Notes under the pieces: model-generated
What the model was told of the DNA's origin: nothing
Seen by the model: only the letters and a program-made list of their open reading frames with translations
The model's database searches: none
Assembly (NCBI GenBank): GCA_965243105.1
Contig: CBDEUC010000003.1
Coordinates: 2,487,541 to 2,551,540 of the forward strand
Direction of reading: 5' to 3'
Length of the DNA: 64,000 nt
Source: Gammaproteobacteria bacterium
GTDB lineage: Bacteria; Pseudomonadota; Gammaproteobacteria; Eutrophobiales; Eutrophobiaceae
Program-made: the position numbers and the translations under genes
Shown here: positions 37,075 to 48,051 of the stretch, one piece after another
How positions within the stretch are numbered: the stretch's first letter is position 1
Layout of the letters: each line of letters begins with the position of its first letter

Positions 37075-38676
37075 CTACTTTAACCGGAAGCCATCGTACC
37101 CGCTGTTTGCTACCTCGCGGCATTTTTCATAATAACCAGGACAGCCTATGTAGGGCATAAACACCCTTGGTTTCCCCGGGATGTTCGCCCCGAGATACCA
37201 GGAATTACAGCCCAGCAACAATGATGTTTCGGCAAGTTCATTCACGTGGCTTACCCAGGCCTGTTCAGCACTGACTTCAGCCTCCATCGAGCCAAGTTGT
37301 TGCTCGCGCAGGTAGACGATAGCGTCCCTAATATACTCAACGTGCTGCTCTATAGATGGCATCATGTTGCTTAACACCGAGGGAGAGCCAGGACCTGTAA
37401 TCATGAACATATTTGGGAAACCGGCAACTTGTAGTCCCAGGTAATTAAGTGGTCCGGCTTCCCACTTGTTCTTTAACGTTTGCCCATCACGACCACGTAT
37501 ATCTATTCGCAGCAGAGCACCTGTCATGGCGTCGTAGCCAGTAGCCAGTACGATAACGTCAAACTCGTACTCTTTATTTCCAACAAGGATACCCTTTTCT
37601 GTGTAGCCTTCGATGGGTGTTGAGCTGATGTCCACTAAATCAACATTTTCACGGTTAAAGGTTTCGTAGTAGCCAGTGTCCGTAACGACTCTTTTACAGC
37701 CGAATATGGTTTGTGGAAGCAGTTTTTCAGCAACAGCAGGATCTTTGACGGTCTGACGAATTTTTTCTCGTATAAAATTTGCGGCAATATCGTTGGCATT
37801 TTTGTCAACCAGCAGATCGGCGAAAACACCGTACCACTTCAAACCACCCAGCTCCCAGCGATGTTCCAGTTCCTTTCGAATCTCCTCTTGGCTCATTTCC
37901 CCGGCACAGCGTTCATTGGGTTCAAACTCCATGTTGCCAAACTGGCTTCGCGCAGAATCGCGCAAGTCGTCATAGTGGACCTTGATGTTTTCCTGCTCCC
38001 CCTCGTGAAAAGGGCGATTGTGAGAGGGTACGCTGAAGGCAGGTGTACGTTGAAAAACAGTCAGCTCTTTGGCCTGCTTCGCGATAGCGGTAATACTTTG
38101 CACGCCGGATGAACCGGTACCAATCACAGCGACTTTTAGCCCGGAAAAATCCACCTCTTCGTGGGGCCACTCCCCAGTATGATAGATCGTTCCCTTGTAG
38201 GCAGACTCGTTTTTAAACACCGGCCTGGAAGTGTTAGAGAGACAACCGGTTGCGAAGATGCAAAATTGTGCAGAGAAGTGTTCGCCTGTGGTTGAAACCA
38301 GCAGCCAGCGGCAATTTGCTTCATCATATGTTGCCGACTCAACGCGAGTGTTCAACCGGATACCATCGGCAAGTTTGAAGCGCTCTACCACGTGTTCCAT
38401 GTAGGAAAGGATCTCGGCCTGGCTTGAATATTTTTCTGACCAGGTCCAGTCCTGTTGTAACTGCTTGTCGAACTGGTAGGAATATTCCATGCTGGGCGCA
38501 TCGCAACGGGCACCCGGATAACGATTCCAGAACCAGGTACCACCGATGCCACTGCCAGCCTCGAGGACTTTTACAGAGAACCCGGCTTCCCGGGCACAGT
38601 GCAGCATGTACAGGCCAGAAAACCCTGCGCCTACAATAATGATATCCAGCTCTGAATTTTCCCCTGATCCTGTCAT
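37075..38676 (-). CDS. Baeyer-Villiger (type I flavin-dependent) monooxygenase
   Basis: FAD GxGxxG (VGAGFSG). BVMO fingerprint FxGxxxHxxxWP (FKGTIYHTGEWP). Second Rossmann motif GTGSSG. Confidence 0.75.
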   Translation of the reverse strand: MTGSGENSELDIIIVGAGFSGLYMLHCAREAGFSVKVLEAGSGIGGTWFWNRYPGARCDAPSMEYSYQFDKQLQQDWTWSEKYSSQAEILSYMEHVVERFKLADGIRLNTRVESATYDEANCRWLLVSTTGEHFSAQFCIFATGCLSNTSRPVFKNESAYKGTIYHTGEWPHEEVDFSGLKVAVIGTGSSGVQSITAIAKQAKELTVFQRTPAFSVPSHNRPFHEGEQENIKVHYDDLRDSARSQFGNMEFEPNERCAGEMSQEEIRKELEHRWELGGLKWYGVFADLLVDKNANDIAANFIREKIRQTVKDPAVAEKLLPQTIFGCKRVVTDTGYYETFNRENVDLVDISSTPIEGYTEKGILVGNKEYEFDVIVLATGYDAMTGALLRIDIRGRDGQTLKNKWEAGPLNYLGLQVAGFPNMFMITGPGSPSVLSNMMPSIEQHVEYIRDAIVYLREQQLGSMEAEVSAEQAWVSHVNELAETSLLLGCNSWYLGANIPGKPRVFMPYIGCPGYYEKCREVANSGYDGFRLK

Positions 38677-38760
38677 GCTATTGCTCCGCCGTGCATGGCA
38701 ACATTACCATCACACGCCGGGTTTTACGATAGACATCACGCAAGCAGGCGAAATGGGTAG

Positions 38761-40509
38761 CTAGGTAGCGGCTTTATTTGTCAACCACAGGGTTTGATAT
38801 GGCGCCAGGCTGATGGTTGCCTGCTGATCCTCGAAACTTGTTCCACTGACCAGGTCTGTCCATTCATCAGTCACTATCAGGTTTATGTCCATCAGCCTGA
38901 GAGACTGTTCCCGGTGCGTGATATTGTGAAGGCAGAAGATGCTCTGGTCTCGCTCGAGGCTTTGTCTCCAGAAAGCGAATATTGTATCCCCCATGTGCAT
39001 GGTGAACTGGGTAGCATTTGGGTGGAAAGCAGCCTGGTTACGGCGAACCTTTATGAGATGTTTCAAGCGACTGAAAACTTGTGCATGGTGAGTTGCTCCT
39101 GAAAGCTTACTTTCCAGATCTTCGAGGTCCCAAATATGGCGGTTTATTGCACGATTACTGCCGGTGTGCTCCCGACGATTGTGATCATTTTCTGTGGCCA
39201 CGAGGCTGTGCAGGTAGAACGCAGGAATACCCTCAAGCCCGAGCATGATGGCATGGGCGCAAACAAAACGTTCAAGTTGCCACTCATCGGGCTCGCCCTC
39301 AAGAGTACCTTTCAACGCGTCAAACAGCGCAATATTAATTTCATAGGGTTTCTTCTCGCTGTCATTGAGTGCACGCCATGACACGTGACCGCCGAAGTTT
39401 TGCATGGTGTTTATCAGGGCGTCGAGGTCATCATCATCCAGTATTCCCTCGACAGGTCTTAGACCTATGCCATCGTGTGAAGCGATAAAATTAAAATATG
39501 TTGTTCCCATCTGTGCCGGCGGCATGCTCATCATCCAGTTCTTAAGGTGGTGACAGTTACCGGACAGCAGCGTGTAAAGTAAAAGCGGGGGTAATGAAAA
39601 GTTGTAAATCATATGGGCTTCGTTGGCATTACCAAAGTAACTGAGGTTCTCACGGTTGGGAATGTTGGTTTCCGTGATAATGAGGCTACCCGGCGTATGT
39701 GCTTCAGTGATACTACGAAACAGGCGAACGATCTCATGGGTTTCCGGGAGGTTAAGACAATTAGTACCCGGTTCTTTCCAGAGGAAGGCAACGGCATCAA
39801 GCCGAAATATTTTTACTCCTTTTTCAAGATAAAATCTTACAATCTCGACAAATTCGATTAATACATCGGGGTTTGAAAAATCCAGGTCGACCTGGTCTGC
39901 GCTGAAGGTGCACCAAACGTAACGCTCCCCATTCGGGGTATCTATCGCCTTCAGGAGCTCATTGGTTCTCGGTCGGACTACCATGGACAGGTCTTTATCA
40001 GGAGTGGTCGTATAAAAGTAATCTTTCCCGGGAGATTCGCCGCGCCTGAATTGTTCAAACCAGCGGCTCCTGCCGGAGCAGTGATTTATCACGAGGTCAG
40101 ACATCAACTTGAAATGTTCGGCGAGTCTTTCTATGTCTTCCCAATCGCCCATCGAGTCATTGACCTGCAGGTATTCCATGACAGCAAAGCCGTCGTCGGA
40201 ACTGTAGGGAAAGAATGGCAGCAAATGAACTATGGAGATGCTGTCAGCGAGGTAGTGATCAAGAAAATGCTGCAAGGAGGCAAGGGGATGCCTGGTATCC
40301 TGTTCAAGGGTGTTGCCGTAGGTAATAACCGCGATGTCGGATTCATTCCAAAGCGACGTATTATCAACACTCGGTTCGCAACTACTGTCTAACCCGGCAG
40401 CCTCCAGGATACGTGTTGAGATATTTTCAACATCGTGCTCGGGATATATGCGGGTAACGTGATTAAGAACGCGAGCGAACAGCCCGTCAGCTTCAAATTC
40501 TGCTGGCAC
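38761..40509 (-). CDS. GH13 sucrose-phosphorylase-like sugar phosphorylase (candidate glucosylglycerate phosphorylase)
   Basis: GH13_18-like architecture. It sits immediately downstream of, and is co-oriented with, glycosyl-3-phosphoglycerate synthase and phosphatase genes. Confidence 0.6.
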   Translation of the reverse strand: MPAEFEADGLFARVLNHVTRIYPEHDVENISTRILEAAGLDSSCEPSVDNTSLWNESDIAVITYGNTLEQDTRHPLASLQHFLDHYLADSISIVHLLPFFPYSSDDGFAVMEYLQVNDSMGDWEDIERLAEHFKLMSDLVINHCSGRSRWFEQFRRGESPGKDYFYTTTPDKDLSMVVRPRTNELLKAIDTPNGERYVWCTFSADQVDLDFSNPDVLIEFVEIVRFYLEKGVKIFRLDAVAFLWKEPGTNCLNLPETHEIVRLFRSITEAHTPGSLIITETNIPNRENLSYFGNANEAHMIYNFSLPPLLLYTLLSGNCHHLKNWMMSMPPAQMGTTYFNFIASHDGIGLRPVEGILDDDDLDALINTMQNFGGHVSWRALNDSEKKPYEINIALFDALKGTLEGEPDEWQLERFVCAHAIMLGLEGIPAFYLHSLVATENDHNRREHTGSNRAINRHIWDLEDLESKLSGATHHAQVFSRLKHLIKVRRNQAAFHPNATQFTMHMGDTIFAFWRQSLERDQSIFCLHNITHREQSLRLMDINLIVTDEWTDLVSGTSFEDQQATISLAPYQTLWLTNKAAT

Positions 40510-40515
40510 GACTTA

Positions 40516-41742
40516 CTACTCCGACGCAAATTCTTTCATGTCTTCATCCACGGCCGAGAGAAACTCGGTAGTGACCGTTGGTATTGCACTGGTAATACGG
40601 GTCCAACTGGGGATAAAAGGTGTTTCCATGGGATGGTCAAGAAAGTGGAGTCCGGCTTTCATAATATTCTCTGCAAATAATTCCACGGCCTTCTCCTCGG
40701 CATGAATGTCCAGGCTGAGACCGTTTATTGCCGCATCATTGTTGTATGTTTCAATAAAGTCCAGTGCAATTCTAAAGTAGGTAGCCTTTATTGTGCGAAA
40801 GGTTTCAGTATTAAACACCACGCCTGTCGTCGCCAGTTTTCTAAAAATTGCCTTGCTGATATCAATTGACATCTTGGAAAGCCCCTTGGACTCATCATCA
40901 AAGGACAAGGTCTGGTGCTTATGATCATACTGATCTGCAATATCCACCTGGCATAATCGATTATTCGCGTAATTACGGTTCATTTCTGAAAGAACACCAA
41001 TTTCAAGACCCCAGTCACTCGGGATTCGAATATCATTTATAACGTCCGTTCGTAACGAAAACTCACCGGCAAGCGGGTATCGAAAACTATCAAGGAATTC
41101 AATGTAGCTATCCAGGCCAAAAATCTTCTTGAGAGAACGTAGCAGGGGGGTGACCAGCAGGCGGCATACGCGGCCATTGATAGAGCCCGCTGCCACACGC
41201 GGGTAGAACCCTTTACAAAACACATAGTTAAAGTTCGGGTTAGCTACAGGATAGATGAGGCGGGCCAGCATTTGCCTGTCATAGGTAACAATGTCGCAGT
41301 CATGTAGTGCGACGGATTCGGCAATGTTTGCGGCATTCACGTAGCCGAGGCAATACCAGACATTACGTCCCTTGCCTAGCTCACGAGGCTGCAGGTTATG
41401 TGCTTTCAGTTTCTCATCGATTGCCTGCAAACGAGGGCCATCATTCCAAAGCACCCTGTGGTTACCCGGTAACCTGGCAAAAAAACTTAGAGCATGGCGG
41501 TATTGTTTCTCGTCGGCCCGATCAAGACCGATAACAATTTGTGACAGGTAAGGTACCTTGCATAGTTCATTAACAATCGTCGTTAAGGCGGGGCCTTCCA
41601 GTTCGGAATAGAGACAGGGAAGCACGAGCGCCATGGGCCGGGACGCTGAAAAACTGACCAGTTCCTGCTCGATTTCTTCGAGTGGCCGATGAGTCAGGTT
41701 GTGTAAAGTCGTTACAATTCCGTTCTGTTGAAAATCACCCAT
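40516..41742 (-). CDS. Glycosyl-3-phosphoglycerate synthase (glucosyl- or mannosyl-3-PG synthase family glycosyltransferase)
   Basis: About 400-aa GT-A-like protein with a DxD-like HDCDIV. Syntenic with an MPGP-family phosphatase. Confidence 0.5.
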   Translation of the reverse strand: MGDFQQNGIVTTLHNLTHRPLEEIEQELVSFSASRPMALVLPCLYSELEGPALTTIVNELCKVPYLSQIVIGLDRADEKQYRHALSFFARLPGNHRVLWNDGPRLQAIDEKLKAHNLQPRELGKGRNVWYCLGYVNAANIAESVALHDCDIVTYDRQMLARLIYPVANPNFNYVFCKGFYPRVAAGSINGRVCRLLVTPLLRSLKKIFGLDSYIEFLDSFRYPLAGEFSLRTDVINDIRIPSDWGLEIGVLSEMNRNYANNRLCQVDIADQYDHKHQTLSFDDESKGLSKMSIDISKAIFRKLATTGVVFNTETFRTIKATYFRIALDFIETYNNDAAINGLSLDIHAEEKAVELFAENIMKAGLHFLDHPMETPFIPSWTRITSAIPTVTTEFLSAVDEDMKEFASE

Positions 41743-41746
41743 TAGA

Positions 41747-42544
41747 TTAATCCCCTTCGCTTTCGTGTTTTTGCAGCAGGCTTAAGATTGCGTCGTTCCA
41801 GCCCTTTGGCCCGACCTGATTTGTTATCGTGAGTCTATCATGGCTAAAAACTGGTAGATGATGAACCGGGGAACGAACCAGGACTGCTTCGTCAGCGGTC
41901 TCCAGCATGCGTTTATCATTCTCGCTATCTCCCAGTGCAACGACCCATGGCTTCGTTGACCATTTTTCATGATAGTAATTTCTAAGCCACGCCATGGCGT
42001 CAGACTTGTCATATTCACCCTGAACATGAACGAAGCGCCCACCACGTTGTGTATGTAAATTTTGCAATGACAGGCGGTCACAAAAATCATCAAGATGTGA
42101 ATCCGATTGCCGCCACAGCAGCGGTTCACTGAAATCGCGTTTCATGGCATTCATTGCAGCTTTTATTTCAAGGCCGGTGGATGACTGGATTTCCTCGATC
42201 GTCATATCGGCGAAACCGATAAAGTTGTACTGCTGCTGTGTCCTGAGCCGGTGAATAATCTCCAGTATTTCCTGGCGCTTTTGCGCAAACGTTATTTCCG
42301 GGGTGGGCGTGTCGGAAAGGTATACCGCAGCGCCGTTTTCAACAACGAATGGGTCTGTCACACCCAGTTGTTCCCGAAGAGCGAGTATTTCTGCGGCAGT
42401 TTTACTGCTGCTGAAGACCAGTGGGATCCGGTGTTTCTTCAGGGCATCAATACCGGGCAATGCCGCTTCGTAACTGTAGGTGTGATGGTCCAGCAGGGTA
42501 CCGTCAAGGTCAGTGATTACTACGATTGAAGATGTGCCTGTCAC
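41747..42544 (-). CDS. HAD-IIB mannosyl/glucosyl-3-phosphoglycerate phosphatase (YedP/MpgP family)
   Basis: HAD motif I (ITDLDGTLL) and Cof-type cap region. About 265 aa. Confidence 0.65.
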   Translation of the reverse strand: MTGTSSIVVITDLDGTLLDHHTYSYEAALPGIDALKKHRIPLVFSSSKTAAEILALREQLGVTDPFVVENGAAVYLSDTPTPEITFAQKRQEILEIIHRLRTQQQYNFIGFADMTIEEIQSSTGLEIKAAMNAMKRDFSEPLLWRQSDSHLDDFCDRLSLQNLHTQRGGRFVHVQGEYDKSDAMAWLRNYYHEKWSTKPWVVALGDSENDKRMLETADEAVLVRSPVHHLPVFSHDRLTITNQVGPKGWNDAILSLLQKHESEGD

Positions 42545-42782
42545 GGGTGAACCAGTTTTGAATCTACATGAGCGGTGAAGGCGAAATTATACCGTTTATT
42601 GGGTGTGAGGGCGGCATTTTGGTTTTCATGGAGTTCGCCCCAATCTGGGGAAATTGCATCCTTTTGGGGCATGTTCAAGGCTGTCATTGAGATTGTGCAG
42701 GAAACATAGATAATCCTGTTCTGGGTTATGAATGCTTCCCGGTAATGTATCTGTATCCTTAAAAGACGGAGAACACATCACT

Positions 42783-42998
42783 ATGAAATTGCCAGCGGTC
42801 AATCTCACCATCTTCCTCACTATTTTTTCTCAACAGCTAACAGCTCACCCGTTTCACGATAGCCTGTTCCATTCACATTATCTTTCGTGGGTCGCCAGCA
42901 GCGCGGTGTTTTGCGTCATCATCTACTTCGGTGCACGGCAAGTAAAAAATATGGGCCAGCAGAAAAAAGCCAGGCAAAGAAACCACGGGGATAAATAA
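42783..42998 (+). CDS. Small hydrophobic His-rich ORF upstream of ureD (speculative)
   Basis: MKLPAVNLTIFLTIF...HPFHDSLFHSHY, followed by one TM segment. No support from a recognised family. Confidence 0.2.
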   Translation: MKLPAVNLTIFLTIFSQQLTAHPFHDSLFHSHYLSWVASSAVFCVIIYFGARQVKNMGQQKKARQRNHGDK

Positions 42999-43002
42999 CA
43001 GG

Positions 43003-43878
43003 GTGAACTTTCCTGCTCTATCTTCGAGTGGTTTGAACGGAGATATTGATTCCCGCCAGGTCGCTCGACACTGGCCTGCGCAGCTCAGTCTTGCATATGT
43101 GCGGAACAGGGAAGGCACAAAGCTGGCCAGGCGTCGCCACTTTGGGCCCCTGTGCGTGCAGAAACCTTTTTACCCGGAAGGGCCTGGAGTCTGTCACACC
43201 TATATCCTGCATCCACCGGCTGGCATCGCCGGTGGTGATGCCCTTGATATTGATGTCGAACTGGACAGCGAAAGTGAAGTCCTAATAACAACGCCTGCGG
43301 CGACCAAGTTCTACCGCGCAAATCCCTACCCGGCAAAGCTGACACAACAAATCAGGGTTGCAGAGAGAGCCAGCATGGAATGGCTGCCCCAGGGGAATAT
43401 CTTTTTTGATGGCGCTGAAGTCCTGTTAAAGACGATCATGAAACTAAAGCAGGATTCGCGTTTAATTGCATGGGATAGCCAGTGTCTCGGACGACCAGCA
43501 TGCAAGGAAATCTATAGCAGCGGAGCTTACCAGCAAAGGTTTGAAGTGTGGGTAGATGAGCAACCGGTAATGATCGATAGCCTTGGCTTGTCGGCAGGCT
43601 CAAAGATGCAATCGGCTCAATGGGGTCTTTCTGCAAAGGCGGTAAATGCCATCCTTGTTGCCTACCCGGCTGACCAGGCCCTGCTCGAAACCATTAACAT
43701 TTTTATTGAGCAGAACATCCCTGGTTGCGCAGCCACGCTTGTCGATGGTCTATTGCTCGTTCGTTGTTTTGGGGATGAACTCGATAGTATGCATCACAGG
43801 CTGACCAGTCTCTGGCAGCTGCTTCGTCCTTCGATACTTGGGAAGGAACCCTGTATACCAAGAATCTGGAATACTTAA
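43003..43878 (+). CDS. ureD: Urease accessory protein UreD
   Basis: UreD/UreH family. First gene of the ure operon. Confidence 0.8.
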   Translation: MNFPALSSSGLNGDIDSRQVARHWPAQLSLAYVRNREGTKLARRRHFGPLCVQKPFYPEGPGVCHTYILHPPAGIAGGDALDIDVELDSESEVLITTPAATKFYRANPYPAKLTQQIRVAERASMEWLPQGNIFFDGAEVLLKTIMKLKQDSRLIAWDSQCLGRPACKEIYSSGAYQQRFEVWVDEQPVMIDSLGLSAGSKMQSAQWGLSAKAVNAILVAYPADQALLETINIFIEQNIPGCAATLVDGLLLVRCFGDELDSMHHRLTSLWQLLRPSILGKEPCIPRIWNT

Positions 43879-43893
43879 ATAGAGGTTTGCATT

Positions 43894-44196
43894 ATGGATC
43901 TGACTCCACGGGAAAAAGACAAGCTTTTGATTTTTTGTGCCGGCATGCTGGCGCAGCAGCGGCGGGAACGGGGCATCAAGCTGAACTACCCGGAATCCAT
44001 GGCACTGATATCTTCAGCTATTCTTGAAGGTGCCAGGGAAGGAAAAAGTGTGGCGGAACTCATGGATTACGGGCGCACGATACTGACCATCGACGATGTG
44101 CAGGAAGGTATTGCGGACATGATCCCGGAAGTGCAGGTTGAAGCGACATTTCCTGATGGCACCAAGCTGGTGACCGTTCACAATCCAATTATCTGA
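43894..44196 (+). CDS. ureA: Urease gamma subunit
   Basis: [14 protein letters not shown]..., 100 aa. Confidence 0.9.
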   Translation: MDLTPREKDKLLIFCAGMLAQQRRERGIKLNYPESMALISSAILEGAREGKSVAELMDYGRTILTIDDVQEGIADMIPEVQVEATFPDGTKLVTVHNPII

Positions 44197-44209
44197 TGGC
44201 GAGAGAAAT

Positions 44210-44515
44210 ATGAAACCCGGAGAAATTCTGACGGACAGCGGTGATATAGAACTGAATGCGAAGCAGGAAGTGACCGAGATTAGCGTGTCAAATACGGGGG
44301 ATCGGCCGGTACAGGTGGGCTCCCACTATCATTTTTTTGAAACCAACTCTGCCCTTGAATTTGATCGAGACAAGACCAGGGGCAAGCGCCTGAATATACC
44401 GGCTGGCACCGCCGTTCGATTCGAGCCAGGTCAGTCGCGCACGGTGGAACTTGTCGAGTATGGAGGTGATCGCAATATCTATGGTTTCACCGGGCAGGTA
44501 ATGGGCGCACTTTGA
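44210..44515 (+). CDS. ureB: Urease beta subunit
   Basis: MKPGEI..., 101 aa, UreB family. Confidence 0.9.
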   Translation: MKPGEILTDSGDIELNAKQEVTEISVSNTGDRPVQVGSHYHFFETNSALEFDRDKTRGKRLNIPAGTAVRFEPGQSRTVELVEYGGDRNIYGFTGQVMGAL

Positions 44516-44525
44516 GGGAAAGTTA

Positions 44526-46229
<1,704 letters not shown>

Positions 46230-46248
46230 CTATGCAAATTATTGTGCA

Positions 46249-46683
46249 ATGCTAAAACTCGTAGAGAAAATCAATGACAGCCTGGAACACGAAGCCAGCC
46301 TGGAATTGCCCTTTGAGGATCGCCAGCGAGCGCGCCTGAAAACGGTTCTTGATGATGGCCGGGAGGTAGGGCTTTTTCTTCCCCGCGGTGACATTTTGCG
46401 CGGGGGAGATCTTCTAAAAAGCGAGGACGGCATCATTGTCAGGATTGCCGCGGCAGCGGAGAGCGTTTCCACCGCGAGCTGCACTGACCAGCACCAGCTT
46501 TCCAGGGCCTGCTATCACCTGGGTAACCGTCACGTGGCGCTGCAAATAGGTCATAACTGGCTGCGCTACCTGGAAGATCACGTGCTTGATGCGATGGTAA
46601 AGGGTCTCGGTCTCGAAGTCATTCATGAACAGGCACCTTTTGAACCGGAATCCGGCGCTTATTCCGCTCACCATCACCACTAG
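46249..46683 (+). CDS. ureE: Urease accessory protein UreE (Ni chaperone)
   Basis: Starts MLKLVEK. His-rich C-terminus (AHHHH). Confidence 0.8.
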   Translation: MLKLVEKINDSLEHEASLELPFEDRQRARLKTVLDDGREVGLFLPRGDILRGGDLLKSEDGIIVRIAAAAESVSTASCTDQHQLSRACYHLGNRHVALQIGHNWLRYLEDHVLDAMVKGLGLEVIHEQAPFEPESGAYSAHHHH

Positions 46684-46689
46684 CCCGGC

Positions 46690-47373
46690 ATGCAGCAATT
46701 AGTGAACAACCAGGCCCTTCTACAGCTGGTAAGACTCGCCAGTCCCAGCCTTCCAATCGGTTCTTATTCCTATTCCCAGGGACTTGAACATGCCTGCGAA
46801 GTTGGCTGGATAAAAAATTGTGACGAAGCTCAAGCCTGGCTCGAAGGCGTTATGCTAAACGGTCTTGCCAGGCTGGATATTCCGCTCTTGTCGCGCATGT
46901 GGCATGCCTGGGAGTCAGCCGACGCTATCGAGGCGCTCAAGTGGAGCCGCTACCTGCTGGCCTGCCGCGAGACAAGTGAATTACGCAAGGAAGATCGACA
47001 GACTGGCATCTCGCTTGCGCGCCTGCTGAGAGACCTGGGTAACGATGCCGCTGATGACTGCATGGAAAGTGAATCAGCTTCACTGGCCCTGAGTTTTACA
47101 CTGGCGGCCCATCACTGGAATATCCCCCTGGATGGGTGCAGCTATGCCTATTGCTGGTCGTGGCTGGAAAACCAGGTAGCGGCAGCCATCAAGCTGGTAC
47201 CCCTGGGACAGACAGACGGGCAGCGTATCCTTGGTGAACTGATACCAGTCATCGAGCAATGCGTGGACACCGGCCTCGAGCTCGAGGACGATCACATTGA
47301 AGGGAGCCTGCCGGGACTGGCGCTAGGCAGTGCCATGCATGAAAATCAATACAGCCGATTATTTCAATCATAG
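46690..47373 (+). CDS. ureF: Urease accessory protein UreF
   Basis: UreF helical family, placed between ureE and ureG. Confidence 0.8.
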   Translation: MQQLVNNQALLQLVRLASPSLPIGSYSYSQGLEHACEVGWIKNCDEAQAWLEGVMLNGLARLDIPLLSRMWHAWESADAIEALKWSRYLLACRETSELRKEDRQTGISLARLLRDLGNDAADDCMESESASLALSFTLAAHHWNIPLDGCSYAYCWSWLENQVAAAIKLVPLGQTDGQRILGELIPVIEQCVDTGLELEDDHIEGSLPGLALGSAMHENQYSRLFQS

Positions 47374-47385
47374 AGAGAAGACACG

Positions 47386-47994
47386 ATGACAAAGCAGGTA
47401 TTGCGTATCGGAGTAGGCGGGCCAGTGGGCTCGGGTAAAACGGCCCTGTTAAATGCTTTATGCAAATCCATGCGGGATGATTATGAAATCGCCGTGGTGA
47501 CCAATGATATCTACACTCGCGAAGACCAGGAGTTTCTTATTCGACACGAAGCGCTTGAGTCGGAGCGCATCATGGGTGTTGAAACCGGGGGCTGCCCCCA
47601 TACCGCGATTCGCGAGGATGCCTCGATGAACATCAATGCCGTGGAACAATTGATAGACAAGTTTCCGGGGCTTGATTTTGTCCTGATCGAAAGTGGAGGG
47701 GACAACCTGAGTGCGACCTTTAGCCCGGAGTTATCCGACCTGACTATTTATGTTATTGACGTTGCCGCGGGCGACAAGATCCCGCGAAAAGGTGGCCCCG
47801 GAATTACAAAATCTGACATCCTGATCATTAACAAGATTGACCTGGCTCCCATGGTTGGTGCTTCCCTTGAAGTCATGGAGCGTGACGCAAGAAAGATGCG
47901 TGGTGAAAGACCCTTTATTTTCACCAACCTCAAAGAAAAGGATGGGCTTGGCGAGGTTATTGATTTCATCTGTGACAGGGGAATGCTTCACTGA
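47386..47994 (+). CDS. ureG: Urease accessory GTPase UreG
   Basis: P-loop GPVGSGKT, about 200 aa. Confidence 0.9.
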   Translation: MTKQVLRIGVGGPVGSGKTALLNALCKSMRDDYEIAVVTNDIYTREDQEFLIRHEALESERIMGVETGGCPHTAIREDASMNINAVEQLIDKFPGLDFVLIESGGDNLSATFSPELSDLTIYVIDVAAGDKIPRKGGPGITKSDILIINKIDLAPMVGASLEVMERDARKMRGERPFIFTNLKEKDGLGEVIDFICDRGMLH

Positions 47995-48051
47995 GTCAAT
48001 ATCGCCTGTAACTACAGGCACTTCGGACTGGCATCAGTTACAATTTGCTGA

